A DNA stretch of 64,000 nt from Nitrospirota bacterium (GTDB lineage: Bacteria; Nitrospirota; Thermodesulfovibrionia; Thermodesulfovibrionales; Dissulfurispiraceae). The stretch is taken from the NCBI GenBank assembly GCA_040758355.1, contig JBFLWF010000011.1, positions 1 to 64,000 on the forward strand, read 5' to 3'. This document shows positions 31,123-41,731 of this stretch, one piece after another; the stretch's first letter is position 1; each line of letters opens with the position of its first letter. The position numbers and the translations under genes are program-made. The notes beneath the pieces are model-generated. The model was not told the DNA's origin, made no database searches, and worked only from the letters and a program-made list of their open reading frames with translations.

Positions 31123-31607
31123 CGTTTACCTCCCTTTGAAGCGCCAAGATTAGGTTTGTGCGGGTTATGACACATGGAACACTCAATATCGGGATTGTGC
31201 TTGTCGGGATCTATTCCCCGGATATTTGCCCTTCCGCTTGTCGGATATGGGAGATAAGAATGACACCTGAGGCATTGCTGCCTGCTTTTATCTATGTGCA
31301 GTTTTGTTGGATTTAACGGATGCTCCAACGCAGGGCCATGACAGTTCTCGCACTTTATAATCGCATGTGGCGACTGCATTAAGCTGTCATATTTATCGCC
31401 GTGGCAGTCCTTGCAGTATTCGTTATTGAACTGATATTTCGCCTTTACGGCCTTCCATTCCCCTTCATTGCTCTTCCGGTGCCAGCCGTACATGTACCCC
31501 CTCTCCCAGACGCCGAAATCCTTCGGAACAATAAATAAACGGGCAATTAAAACAATACCCACCAGACCGATGACAACGAAAAGCGGTCTGAACACATGGT
31601 TCTTCAT
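31119..31607 (-). CDS. Tetraheme cytochrome c
   Basis: CKDCH, CENCH, CLRCH, CSMCH; N-terminal TM. Confidence 0.9.
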   Translation of the reverse strand: MKNHVFRPLFVVIGLVGIVLIARLFIVPKDFGVWERGYMYGWHRKSNEGEWKAVKAKYQFNNEYCKDCHGDKYDSLMQSPHAIIKCENCHGPALEHPLNPTKLHIDKSRQQCLRCHSYLPYPTSGRANIRGIDPDKHNPDIECSMCHNPHKPNLGASKGGKR

Positions 31608-31650
31608 AATCCCTCCCCGGAAAACTGTATTGTATATTCCCTTTAGCCTG

Positions 31651-32649
31651 CTAACTTATAAATTTTTTCGGGCTCTTATACTCGTGGCACTTCACGCAAT
31701 CCTTCTTTGCCTGAGCCTCCGTAACTCTCCATGAATGCGGCTTATGGCAGTCCACGCACTTCATGTTCATGCCCTTTATATGTAGTTCATGCTTGCCCAC
31801 GCTCAATTGATCGCTGTGGCAGCCTATACAAGTCCCATAATCAGGCCTCACCTTTTTGTGTGGTTTATGACACTCATAACACTTAAACTGCATTGGTGCA
31901 TCTGCAGGCACATCTATCTTTGTTGCCTTTTTAATTACCTGCTGAGACGGCTGGAAGTATTTCACATCTATTGTTCCCTCAGCAATCAATTTCTTTCTTA
32001 CAGACTCGTCCCCGTGACAGAAGAGACACTTATTCCTTCCAGGCTTTAAATCCTCGGTGCGGTCCGTATGGCAGTTGATGCAGGCTAATTTTTCCATACC
32101 TATGCCGTGAACCTCTTTGTCCTTATGGCACTGCATGCAGAATCTCTCCTCGGGCAAAAACTTATGCGCAACATAACCATGGCATTTGGTACATTCTATC
32201 TTCTCCATAAATACATGCTTTGCATGGTATCTGGATTTATTAACCTTCGCAGCCTGCGGATATTTTTCCTTTCCTTCCCAGTGGCATTCCATGCATAATT
32301 TTGACGGCACGATAATCTTTCCGTGCCTCGCCTCGACCTGCTTCTGTCCGAGAAAGACAAATCTGTACAACTGCACTACCTGCTCTTTTTTTGTGGAATG
32401 GTGGCATTCATGGCAGGTAATCACATTATGCTTGCTCTGAGCCCATCTCTCCTGCGCATAATCATGCACGTGGCACAACTGGCATGCATCAGGGTCGTTC
32501 TCAAAATAGTCGTTGATCCTGTATCCTGTAAAACCAACCCCTATCAGGAAGAATAAAATGACCAGCGCAATGACAATCCTTGCCTTGCGCGAAATGCCTT
32601 CCGAGTACCACTTGACCACCCTGTCGAACAACCGAAACGGATTAAACAC
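31651..32649 (-). CDS. Membrane-anchored 11-heme cytochrome c with NapC/NrfH-like N-terminus
   Basis: CQLCH, CHECH, CMECH, CTKCH, CMQCH, CINCH, CLFCH, CYECH, CIGCH, CVDCH, CVKCH. Confidence 0.9.
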   Translation of the reverse strand: MFNPFRLFDRVVKWYSEGISRKARIVIALVILFFLIGVGFTGYRINDYFENDPDACQLCHVHDYAQERWAQSKHNVITCHECHHSTKKEQVVQLYRFVFLGQKQVEARHGKIIVPSKLCMECHWEGKEKYPQAAKVNKSRYHAKHVFMEKIECTKCHGYVAHKFLPEERFCMQCHKDKEVHGIGMEKLACINCHTDRTEDLKPGRNKCLFCHGDESVRKKLIAEGTIDVKYFQPSQQVIKKATKIDVPADAPMQFKCYECHKPHKKVRPDYGTCIGCHSDQLSVGKHELHIKGMNMKCVDCHKPHSWRVTEAQAKKDCVKCHEYKSPKKFIS

Positions 32650-32688
32650 TTGAGACCTCCCCTACCTGTTCTATTTTTATTTTTTATT

Positions 32689-33972
32689 TTAAAGACCCCT
32701 CAATGTCCTGTATGCTGCATTAATAGTCTTATTTATATCGGCCTTTGTATGTGCGATGGAAATAAAACCAGCCTCGAACTGTGACGGTGCAAGGTTTATC
32801 CCCTGATTTAACATGCCCCTGAAAAACCGTGAAAACTTTTCTGTGTCTGATGTCTTTGCTGTTTTATAATCAACAACCTCGGTATCGGTAAAGTATGTGC
32901 AGAACATAGTCCCTGCCCTGTAAAATTTCGTTTCAGCCCCTGCCTTTTTTGCAGCGTCCTTAAGCCCTTCTTCAAGGTGCTGCATTGTCTTTTCGAGCCC
33001 TTTGTAGGCGTCTTTCTTTGAGAGGATATTCAAGGTCTCTATGCCTGCTGTCATGGCAAGGGGATTTCCGGACAATGTACCTGCCTGATATACAGGGCCT
33101 TCAGGGGCAACCATGGACATGATCTCCCTCTTCCCTCCGTATGCGCCGACAGGAAGCCCTCCTCCGATGACCTTGCCGAGGCATGTCATATCAGGGACTA
33201 TTCCATAATATTTCTGCGCTCCTCCGTATGAAACCCTGAAGCCTGTCATCACCTCATCGAATATGAGGACAATTCCGTATTTCTCTGTCTCTCTTCTTAA
33301 TGTTTCAAGAAAACCGGGCATTGGCAGGACACATCCGATATTGCCGACGACCGGTTCGAGGATAACGCAGGCAATATTTTTCCACTCTTTCTGAACAACA
33401 TCCTTAAATGCCTTAATATCATTAAATGGAAGTGTTATGGTATTTTTTGCATATGATTTGGGGACGCCTGGACTGTCCGGAACGCCGAATGTTGTAGCGC
33501 CTGAACCAGCCTTCACTAAAAGCCCGTCGGCATGCCCGTGATAGCATCCCTCGAACTTTATTATCCTGTCCCTCTTTGCAAAACCCCTCGCAGCCCTTAT
33601 GGCGCTCATTGTTGCCTCTGTACCGGAGTTGACCATTCTTACCTTTTCAATGGAAGGGTATGCCTTTATTATCATCCGGGCAAGTTCTATCTCGAGGGGT
33701 GTTGGCGCCCCGAAACTTGTACCGTTTTCGATGGCTGTTTTGAGGGCCTTAACAACAGAGGGATGGGAATGCCCAAGTATCATCGGCCCCCATGAAAGGA
33801 CATAATCTATGTATGCATTGCCGTCAACATCGTAGATTTTGGAGCCTTTTGCTTTCTTGATAAATATAGGTGAGCCGCCCACTGCCTTGAATGCCCTTAC
33901 AGGACTGTTCACGCCGCCGGGCATCAATTCGACAGCTTTTTTATAAAATATCCTTGATTTTCTCGTTTCCAC
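32689..33972 (-). CDS. hemL: Glutamate-1-semialdehyde 2,1-aminomutase
   Basis: [47 protein letters not shown]. Confidence 0.96.
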   Translation of the reverse strand: METRKSRIFYKKAVELMPGGVNSPVRAFKAVGGSPIFIKKAKGSKIYDVDGNAYIDYVLSWGPMILGHSHPSVVKALKTAIENGTSFGAPTPLEIELARMIIKAYPSIEKVRMVNSGTEATMSAIRAARGFAKRDRIIKFEGCYHGHADGLLVKAGSGATTFGVPDSPGVPKSYAKNTITLPFNDIKAFKDVVQKEWKNIACVILEPVVGNIGCVLPMPGFLETLRRETEKYGIVLIFDEVMTGFRVSYGGAQKYYGIVPDMTCLGKVIGGGLPVGAYGGKREIMSMVAPEGPVYQAGTLSGNPLAMTAGIETLNILSKKDAYKGLEKTMQHLEEGLKDAAKKAGAETKFYRAGTMFCTYFTDTEVVDYKTAKTSDTEKFSRFFRGMLNQGINLAPSQFEAGFISIAHTKADINKTINAAYRTLRGL

Positions 33973-34181
33973 CCCGATATCCCTCAAAAAACATGGAAAT
34001 GTAGCACAAATGTTTTGAGTTTGTAAAGTTTAATATTTTAATAATTTAATAATTATTCCTTTATTTCTATTTTGGATCTCGGCTGTTTTTATGGGTGGCA
34101 AAAAGGCTCTTCCCAGTTCCTTTTGCTTCTTGGTTCAAACCTCAGTCCCCGGAAGAATTTTTATGTCGGATTTTTAAACCT

Positions 34182-34985
34182 TTATGGCAAAATCGCCGTA
34201 GCGCTTTGGCCAGGGCGTATTATAGTCATTGGATCAAAGCTGAATTTAATATCCACCTCGTATAAAGGCTTGCTATTCCTCATACCCACTGGCTCAAGGC
34301 CAAGGCGACTGATTACGCCTTTATATTTTTTATCCGCAACCTTAACAAAAACTTTCTGGCCAATGGAGAGTGCCGATATCTCTTCATTAGTCATCTTAAT
34401 CCTTGCCAGCATATTTCCTGCTTCTGCAAGAACGAACAGCGTAGCGGGTTGCATTGTTGACACAATAGTCTGGCCGACTTCCACATGCCGCTGTAATACA
34501 ACACAATCAAAGGGGGCGCGCACCACACTATATTCTAAATTCAGTTCTGCCTTCGTCAGAGCCGCCTGAGCAGCCTGATATTCAGAATTTACTGCAACAA
34601 ATCCAATTCGTGCCAGCTCCAGTTCGTGGTCTGCTATGAGGTCCCGTTCATGCATCTCCTTTGCCCTTTTTAATTCCTGCTCTGCCTCATTGCGTTTCAC
34701 CTCCAGCCGTTTAACATCTGCACTTGTCTTTTCCACATGCGTTTTAAAAAGACGATCATCCAGCCGCAATAAAGGTTGTCCCTTGCGCACATGACCGCCT
34801 GCATTTACCACCACCTCTGATACAACTCCTGATACCGGCGTACTAAGCTCAACTCTCCGGGACCATTGCAGAGCAGCCTCTATATCTTTCGCCCATAATG
34901 TTGCAGGCAATATAAAGGCCAGTATAAAACAAACCAATACCGAACCTGCTATTTTATTCATTGCTGTCTCCTTATTACTTTTCAT
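34182..34985 (-). CDS. Short efflux periplasmic adaptor (MFP)
   Basis: PVSGVV..V.V..G..V.KGQ.L..LD, coiled hairpin, VRAPFD. Confidence 0.85.
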   Translation of the reverse strand: MKSNKETAMNKIAGSVLVCFILAFILPATLWAKDIEAALQWSRRVELSTPVSGVVSEVVVNAGGHVRKGQPLLRLDDRLFKTHVEKTSADVKRLEVKRNEAEQELKRAKEMHERDLIADHELELARIGFVAVNSEYQAAQAALTKAELNLEYSVVRAPFDCVVLQRHVEVGQTIVSTMQPATLFVLAEAGNMLARIKMTNEEISALSIGQKVFVKVADKKYKGVISRLGLEPVGMRNSKPLYEVDIKFSFDPMTIIRPGQSATAILP

Positions 34986-36574
34986 TGCTCACATCTCCTC
35001 TTAATAGACATCTTAAAGGCGAACCTGCTCCCCTTTCCATATTCACTCTCTGCCCAGATATTGCCTCCATGAAGTTCAACTATCCTTTTACAAAGGGCAA
35101 GGCCGAGCCCTGTACCTTCGCATCTCTTTTCATAAATTGACCCAAGCTGTTGAAATGGTTCAAAGAGTTTGCCCATGTCTTCCTTTGCAATGCCGATGCC
35201 GGTGTCTGTGACGGAGATTTCGATAGAATCACTATCAGCTAAGCGTGCTCTCACGCCTACACTTCCTCCATCAGGCGTAAACTTAACAGCATTGCTCAAA
35301 AGGTTTATCAACACCTGTTTCAATCTCTTTTCATCAGCCTTGATAATGTCAATATTTTCCTCCACATCAGTGGCGACTTTTATCCCGTGCTTCATCGACT
35401 TTTCTCTCATAAAAATCAGACTTTCATTAATGATATTTTTTATATCCACATCCGAATAGCTGAGTTCCATCTTGTCTGCCTCTACTTTGCTGAGGTCAAG
35501 AATATCATTGATAAGTCCGAGGAGGTGAGCGCCGCTCTTATTTATGGCTTCGATATATCTCTTCTGTTTGTCTGTAAGTTCGCCTCCGATTCTCATCTGC
35601 ATTAACTCTGAAAAGCCGATTATTGCAGTCAGAGGCGTCCTCAGCTCATGCGACATATTGGCAAGGAACTTAGACTTTGCCCTTGTTGCAGCCTCTGCCT
35701 CCTCTCGTCTTACCGCAAGCTCCCTGTTTAATAATTGAAGTTCATAGTTTGAGTCCTCAAGCTGTCTTGTTCTTTCCTTTACCTTTTCCTCAAGCCCTTC
35801 GATAAGCAATCTGTTTTCATTAAATGTAATCCCCAGCGTCTCGGCCATATTATTGAAACTCTTTGACAGCTCCTCAATTTCATCGCCTGTCTTAATGTCA
35901 ATCCTCGTGCCAAAATTTCCTTTTTCGATCTCCTTTACTGCATCCCTGAGTCTCATGGCCGGCATAATAATTAAATTCCTTGCATAAATGACAATAAACA
36001 AACAGACTAAAGCTAAAAATCCGATGAAATAAAGCCTGAAGATGTCTCTTTCCCTCAACTCCCGTTTATAGTGATCTTCGATGAAACCCACAAATTTATC
36101 TATCTCGTACACATAGTCATGAATCGCTGAATCATATTTATCAAGGATTTCATGCAAATCTTTTCCAGAAGCCTCGATGCCTTTTAGAAGCATCGGCTTA
36201 AAATCACCGTGCCATTTATCCATTATATTATTAAGCATTATCTGTCCTTCTTTGTATTCAAAGAAATAAATGTTGAGAGACTCATTGTCCTCTTTTATAT
36301 ACCTTGCAATGGCCTCAAAGGTATTCATCTCATGCTTAAGCTCCATGATAAGAGATTCCCTTAATTCAGGCTTCTTTGCCTCTGCAATCCTGTGTATGAG
36401 CCATGCCATCTCAAAATTCCTGAACCGCATCTGCCCTGCCATGTTCACCCTCGTTGCCTCACCCCTTATGTGTTGTGTAAATCGATAATCCCTGAACAGA
36501 TGCGCAGCCGTAAATGAAAGCATTATCAGACCCATGAGGATGAATTTTGATGTGAGGGATTTTAAAATGTTCAT
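34982..36574 (-). CDS. Second NarX-like HAMP sensor histidine kinase
   Basis: [34 protein letters not shown]; HATPase; paralogous to 6683..8755. Confidence 0.85.
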   Translation of the reverse strand: MNILKSLTSKFILMGLIMLSFTAAHLFRDYRFTQHIRGEATRVNMAGQMRFRNFEMAWLIHRIAEAKKPELRESLIMELKHEMNTFEAIARYIKEDNESLNIYFFEYKEGQIMLNNIMDKWHGDFKPMLLKGIEASGKDLHEILDKYDSAIHDYVYEIDKFVGFIEDHYKRELRERDIFRLYFIGFLALVCLFIVIYARNLIIMPAMRLRDAVKEIEKGNFGTRIDIKTGDEIEELSKSFNNMAETLGITFNENRLLIEGLEEKVKERTRQLEDSNYELQLLNRELAVRREEAEAATRAKSKFLANMSHELRTPLTAIIGFSELMQMRIGGELTDKQKRYIEAINKSGAHLLGLINDILDLSKVEADKMELSYSDVDIKNIINESLIFMREKSMKHGIKVATDVEENIDIIKADEKRLKQVLINLLSNAVKFTPDGGSVGVRARLADSDSIEISVTDTGIGIAKEDMGKLFEPFQQLGSIYEKRCEGTGLGLALCKRIVELHGGNIWAESEYGKGSRFAFKMSIKRRCEQ

Positions 36575-37896
36575 TTATCCGGCACCTCCCTAACCTTGCC
36601 CGTCAGTGCATCAAGCCTTTCCCATGATAGTGCCAGCGCATACTTTGTCTGTGCAAGGCGCAGTCTTGCCTCGGAATACCTGACCAGTGCATCACCGAGA
36701 TATGCCTTCAATCCCTGTTCATAAATTGTCCTGCTGCGGTCAAGATAGAGATCGCTGTATTTCATCAGTGTTCTAACCTCCTCAAGCTGGAGGTGCAATA
36801 CCTTTATCTGCTGCCATGCCTCAAGAACTGCCTGCCTGATCGCCCTTTCCTTGAGTGAAAGTTGTGATTCGAGGCGATGCAGTTTGGCTGTATGATCCGC
36901 GATTTTAGAGTCTGTGCGGCCTCCTGTGAATATAGGTATTTCCAGTATCAGTCCGGCACGCAATCTATCCCTCGAGCCGAACTCCCGCTCATAAGCCGAT
37001 GCCTCGAATTCAGCGGATAGAATGGGGTTATTTTCTGCACGAACTGCCTTCAGATTCTCAAGGGCAGCATCAACTTTGGCTCGCAGTGCTAAAATCGTCG
37101 GATCATTGGCAAAGGCCTTCTTAATGAGTTCTTCAGCCTCCGGCAATTCACGGTCGATACTGGGAAGCTCTGGTTCTGCCAGCGTAACAGGCAAAATACC
37201 GGGACGATTAAGGGCTTCTGCAAGGAGTTCGCGGGTATACTGCTGACGCATCTCGCTGACAGAGCGTTTTCTGCGGGTCTCCATGTATTTTGTTTCTGCC
37301 TCCAGGAGTTCTAAATCTGAAGTCTGTCCCAATTCCCTTTGTCCCTGCAGTCTCTGAAACCTGTAAAAAGCAACTGCCACCGCCTCTCTGTCACGGATAA
37401 ACTCGAGGTCTGCAAGCAATACATCGAAAAACCGCTCCATAATCTCGATACGCCTCCTGTTCAGGGTATCGATATAAAGCAGCTTATTAGCCCTTATGTC
37501 TGTTTCCGCTGCAGAAAGCTTAAGGCTGGTTTTACCAAAATCAAATATCTTTTTCCGCACATAAAAACTCAGGCTCGAATCATTATTGGATTGATCAGGG
37601 GCAAGCCTTGTAGGATCAACCCACTGTGCACGGCCGACAACAGAGGCATTGATCCCTGTCTCTGATTTTACACCGAGATATTGGGCTTCAGCCTGCTCCA
37701 GATCTGCCTTTGAAAGGACAATATCTGGATGCGGTTCATTGGCAAGCTGGAGTGCATATTCGAGGGATAGAGGTTCCGGCAGAGGGGAAATGTTATTGTC
37801 TCCAGCATGCAGATGTGTGGACAAACTCAATATGCAGAAGACTATAAAAAACCTTGCGCTGAAAAACAGATATTCATCTCTGTGTCTTTTCTCCAA
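36571..37896 (-). CDS. TolC family outer-membrane protein (start uncertain)
   Basis: PLSLEYAL..A...P, IFDFG, IPIFTGG repeats. Confidence 0.85.
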   Translation of the reverse strand: MEKRHRDEYLFFSARFFIVFCILSLSTHLHAGDNNISPLPEPLSLEYALQLANEPHPDIVLSKADLEQAEAQYLGVKSETGINASVVGRAQWVDPTRLAPDQSNNDSSLSFYVRKKIFDFGKTSLKLSAAETDIRANKLLYIDTLNRRRIEIMERFFDVLLADLEFIRDREAVAVAFYRFQRLQGQRELGQTSDLELLEAETKYMETRRKRSVSEMRQQYTRELLAEALNRPGILPVTLAEPELPSIDRELPEAEELIKKAFANDPTILALRAKVDAALENLKAVRAENNPILSAEFEASAYEREFGSRDRLRAGLILEIPIFTGGRTDSKIADHTAKLHRLESQLSLKERAIRQAVLEAWQQIKVLHLQLEEVRTLMKYSDLYLDRSRTIYEQGLKAYLGDALVRYSEARLRLAQTKYALALSWERLDALTGKVREVPDK

Positions 37897-37936
37897 ATCT
37901 TTGCTGTTTCGATCAGATTTTAAGCTCACTGTATAA

Positions 37937-38860
37937 TCAATCTTTGTCTTTAAGAAAGTCGGTGATTGCATCCACAAGGTCCTCGGCGCTAAGATCCCGG
38001 AAAAAATGGTCTGCCATCTCAACTACTACGAGCTGAATCTTTTTGCCATCAGCCTTCGGCGATATCTTTTTTTCCAAGTCCGGGACTATGTTATCCTTCC
38101 CTGCTGCAATAACGAGCACCGGCTTTTTAATCGACGGAAGCAGAAAGGGTGTATCCATCTTCTTATCGTGTGCATAGTAACTGGCAAAGGCCTCTGCTGT
38201 AACCGACGCATTCTCGCAGTACAGAAAATCGGTATGAGTCAGCATGGTGCCGCCTTTTCCTGCATCGACTAAATCACCCGCTTTTTTCAATATGGGTTGA
38301 AGTTCTTTTTTGTATCGCTGCCTGTAATTTATGGATAAGCCATCTTCGTCCCATGTCTGCGGGGCAATAAGTATCACTCCCTTGATTGCCGGGTCATCCT
38401 GTTCGGATGCAAACCGTGCAATCTGATTGCCTCCCCGTGAGTGTCCCATGAGTATCACCTTTTTTACGCCCTTCTTTTTTAACCAATGAAGCCAGGCCCC
38501 GATCTCTGCTACGGCATCTTCATGTTTATGAGTATGAGGTACTGCACAGTCATACATGCCGTGGCGGTTGTCGATACCCAGGCTGAGATTTATTGCAATG
38601 GTATTCCACCCCTTTCCTTTAATCAACTGCTGGAGGGTGGAAACAATTTCCATGCCATTGTGAGCCAATGTGCCGTGGGTAATAAGAATCACGCCATCTG
38701 TGATGGACTTATCCTGTGCTTGCTCCAGATTGGCATTAAGAGTAATACCCCTGAACTGGATAGAAACCTCTTCTGCCTGAACAGCTTCGGACAGCCAGAA
38801 TAGACAAAATATTACAATTATGCCTCTAACGATTAGGGCAAAACCAACGATATCCCTCAT
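37937..38860 (-). CDS. Periplasmic alpha/beta hydrolase
   Basis: Signal/TM, THGTLAH, GHSRGG nucleophile elbow, ADHFF. Confidence 0.85.
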   Translation of the reverse strand: MRDIVGFALIVRGIIVIFCLFWLSEAVQAEEVSIQFRGITLNANLEQAQDKSITDGVILITHGTLAHNGMEIVSTLQQLIKGKGWNTIAINLSLGIDNRHGMYDCAVPHTHKHEDAVAEIGAWLHWLKKKGVKKVILMGHSRGGNQIARFASEQDDPAIKGVILIAPQTWDEDGLSINYRQRYKKELQPILKKAGDLVDAGKGGTMLTHTDFLYCENASVTAEAFASYYAHDKKMDTPFLLPSIKKPVLVIAAGKDNIVPDLEKKISPKADGKKIQLVVVEMADHFFRDLSAEDLVDAITDFLKDKD

Positions 38861-38894
38861 CCTTTCTCCTGTCATTTTTTCCTGCATTGACACC

Positions 38895-39605
38895 TCAGAA
38901 CTTTATCCCAAAATCAGGGAAGATTGCTGACAGTCTCCCCATGCTGTTCGTTAAGAGCATAATGCCAAAGATTATCAGAATCAGACCGCTCAGTATCATA
39001 ATCGCCTTCATGAACTTATGGAGCTTCTTTGTATAGGTGAAAAAGGCATTCATGGCCAGGGTTGCAAGGATAAAGGGTATAGCAAGACCCAGAGAATATA
39101 CTGAGAGCAGTTTTAATCCGTAAGAGGCAGATGCCTTGGTACCTGCATAGATTAAAATTGTTCCAAGAATCGGACCGATGCACGGGGTCCATCCAGCAGC
39201 AAAGCTCATTCCGATAAGGAAAGACCCCAGATAGCCTACCGGGCCTTTACTCACATGAAACCTCTTTTCCCTCATAAGGAAATCAAGTTTTATAAAACCT
39301 GCTATGAAAAGGCCGAATACTATCGTCATGATTCCGCCGCCGATCCTCAAATAGTCCTGATATTCAAGGAGCAGATTTCCCAACAGTGAAGATGATGCGC
39401 CCAGTGATACGAAGATAGTTGAAAAGCCAAAAACAAAGGCGATTGTGCTGCCCATGGTTCTGGATATGCGGGGAGAATGTCTGAGTTCATCCAAGGATAG
39501 GCCTGTTATGAAAGAAACATAGGCAGGGACAAGGGGCAAGACGCATGGAGAGAGGAATGAGAGAAACCCTGCAAAAAACGCCAGCTGAAAGGACATGTCT
39601 TTCAT
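38895..39605 (-). CDS. CcdA/SoxV-like disulfide transporter
   Basis: SFLSPCVLPLVP, GWTPCIGPIL. Confidence 0.9.
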   Translation of the reverse strand: MKDMSFQLAFFAGFLSFLSPCVLPLVPAYVSFITGLSLDELRHSPRISRTMGSTIAFVFGFSTIFVSLGASSSLLGNLLLEYQDYLRIGGGIMTIVFGLFIAGFIKLDFLMREKRFHVSKGPVGYLGSFLIGMSFAAGWTPCIGPILGTILIYAGTKASASYGLKLLSVYSLGLAIPFILATLAMNAFFTYTKKLHKFMKAIMILSGLILIIFGIMLLTNSMGRLSAIFPDFGIKF

Positions 39606-40129
39606 CTCTGAGTCCTTTCTTTTAATCTTTGCTGTTTATATTTCACAAAGGGCATGTCCTTGTGTATGCCCTTTACAACATATTCACCAAGCCACAGAAA
39701 CTCCTCGGCAGTCTGGGTGGCACCGAAGTAGCGTGTTATCTCACTGCCGTTAAGGTCATAGAAGACAAATGTGGGAGTGGCACGGACATGACTATTCTTT
39801 GCGAATTTTTTCTGGGGCATTGTCTTTCCCTTAAAATCTGTTATCTCCACATCGCCCTGCATATCCACAGAAAATATGAGAAAATGTTTCTTGTAAAATT
39901 TCTGGACTTCTGGCTGGGTGAATATCTTTTCTTTCATCCAGTGGCAGAAAGGGCAGTCATCCATTTCAAAAAATAGAATAATGCCTTTCTTGCCCTGTTT
40001 CTGCGCAGTCTGTATTTCTTCAGGGAAGTCCCCGAGGGTCATATCAAGAAATTCGGCAGCAGCGCCTGATACGCCTGTCAGCAATAACATCACTAAAAGA
40101 AAGATGCAAATAGTGCCGGACATCCTCAT
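39602..40129 (-). CDS. SoxW-like periplasmic thioredoxin
   Basis: Signal peptide, FEMDDCPFC, VRATPT; ATGA-coupled to the CcdA gene. Confidence 0.85.
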   Translation of the reverse strand: MRMSGTICIFLLVMLLLTGVSGAAAEFLDMTLGDFPEEIQTAQKQGKKGIILFFEMDDCPFCHWMKEKIFTQPEVQKFYKKHFLIFSVDMQGDVEITDFKGKTMPQKKFAKNSHVRATPTFVFYDLNGSEITRYFGATQTAEEFLWLGEYVVKGIHKDMPFVKYKQQRLKERTQR

Positions 40130-40181
40130 CGTTCCACCTCCCCTATCAAATAGAGCCAGTTTAATTTACATCATAACTTCT

Positions 40182-40679
40182 TTACTTTTTAAACATACCT
40201 ATGACATCGTTGACGAGTTCATCGAGCAACTTCTCCACAGGTTCAAGGACATCTTTACCTCTGTCATCTTTCCAGATGAGATGTCTGTAAGAGAGATATA
40301 CCTTCTTCTCATCATCTGGAAGTGTATAGACCATTATCTGGTAGGGGCAGAATGCAAGAAAGTGAGGATTCTTCTCCATCATATCCCTTGAGATAACAGC
40401 GCTGCAGAATTCAAGGACATTTGCCCTGCCGAATATCTTCCTTGTCCTGCCAAGTTCCTTGCCAGTACGTTCGAGCATCTCGCCCACGTGGGAAACGCTG
40501 GATACGGTCAGACCCCTCTCATTTAAGGCCATCTCCAAACCCTTCCAGACCTCATCATAATCGGCATGTACCGTGTAAATAACAACAGGCTCTTTACACC
40601 TGCCATCTTCGGCAAAGACATGCCCGCCAACAGACAGTATCGAAAATATAGCAAAAAGGAAAAGGTATCGATTTAGCAT
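40182..40679 (-). CDS. DUF302 domain periplasmic protein
   Basis: H.GEML.RT, EFCSA, FCPY.I.VY. Confidence 0.8.
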   Translation of the reverse strand: MLNRYLFLFAIFSILSVGGHVFAEDGRCKEPVVIYTVHADYDEVWKGLEMALNERGLTVSSVSHVGEMLERTGKELGRTRKIFGRANVLEFCSAVISRDMMEKNPHFLAFCPYQIMVYTLPDDEKKVYLSYRHLIWKDDRGKDVLEPVEKLLDELVNDVIGMFKK

Positions 40680-40710
40680 GTTTCAAGTATACCAAAACTA
40701 TATTGACTAT

Positions 40711-41628
40711 TTATTTTTTTCCAGCGCTTTCATCAATTATAGGCAAACTCTGGTCGCTGGACCATTCATCTATTCCGCCCCAGTAAATGCGCACATTATA
40801 CCCGAGACTCTTCATCGCTGAAAATAAAAATGCTGCCTTAGGTCCCCAGTTGCAATAGGTTATAGTCTCTTTGTCCTTTGTAACGCCCTTTTTATTGAGT
40901 ATGCCGGCAACCTCCTTAGGTGATTTGAAGGTCTCTTTCGGGTCCTGAAGGTCATGCCACTCAAGGAGTTTTGCACCCGGGATATGGCCCATGCTCGATT
41001 CTCCGGTATATTCATCCGGCAGCCTTGCGTCTAAAATATTGATGTCCCTTTTTAAGTTCTTTAAAAGCCAGTCGGCAGTAACCACGAGTTCGTTCCTCGG
41101 ATTTGCCTTAAAGACAGATGGTTTTATAACCGGGGCATCTGCAGTTAATGGGCGTCTCTCTTCTTCCCACCGTTTTTTGCCTCCTGAAAGTATCTGAGCC
41201 CTGTTATGCCCGTATACCGTAAATACCGTCCATGCAAGGCCTGCCCCCTTATCCAGTTCCGTGCCGCTGTCATAAATAATTACCCTCGAATCATTGCTTA
41301 TGCCGATGCTGCCCAGAATCTCTTCTACCTTTTCAGGCCGCAGCGCCAGGCCGGTTTGCCTCTGATATTCTTTGTCTATGGACATTTTTATCTTGCTGAT
41401 AGGAAGGACCACGGCACCCGGGATATGTGATTTCTTGTAAATATCTGCCTCGGTGGCCTCGACTATTACAACACCGGGCTTCCCCATTATTTTTGAAAGT
41501 TCGGAGGGCTTTATCAGGACATCCAGACTTTCAGCCTTTCCCGGCGTACCTTGAATAAACAAAATGGCTAATAAAAGATATATTGCAGATACAAAACCTT
41601 TCCCGATCGATCTCATTCTTGCCTCCAT
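40711..41628 (-). CDS. Exported double-domain rhodanese/sulfurtransferase
   Basis: Signal peptide, HIPGA twice, LDAR...EY, active loop YCNWGPKA, YWGGIDEWS. Confidence 0.88.
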   Translation of the reverse strand: MEARMRSIGKGFVSAIYLLLAILFIQGTPGKAESLDVLIKPSELSKIMGKPGVVIVEATEADIYKKSHIPGAVVLPISKIKMSIDKEYQRQTGLALRPEKVEEILGSIGISNDSRVIIYDSGTELDKGAGLAWTVFTVYGHNRAQILSGGKKRWEEERRPLTADAPVIKPSVFKANPRNELVVTADWLLKNLKRDINILDARLPDEYTGESSMGHIPGAKLLEWHDLQDPKETFKSPKEVAGILNKKGVTKDKETITYCNWGPKAAFLFSAMKSLGYNVRIYWGGIDEWSSDQSLPIIDESAGKK

Positions 41629-41674
41629 TGAATTTTATTCGCACCTATGGCGTTCGGCATAGCTCATTTTTATT

Positions 41675-41690
41675 AGCATAATCTATGCCA
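41675..41690 (-). promoter_or_regulatory. Sigma54 promoter (rhodanese)
   Basis: TGGCATAGATTATGCT (GG-N10-GC). Confidence 0.8.
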
Positions 41691-41731
41691 AAAAGGGATT
41701 CAGGAATTATAAAGATTCTTTAAGACACAGA

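Noticed and set aside
37860..37900. Homopolymer frameshift at the TolC start (out-of-frame ATG after GGAG)
   Set aside because: An in-frame TTG at 37896 already gives a plausible signal peptide; undecidable without reads.
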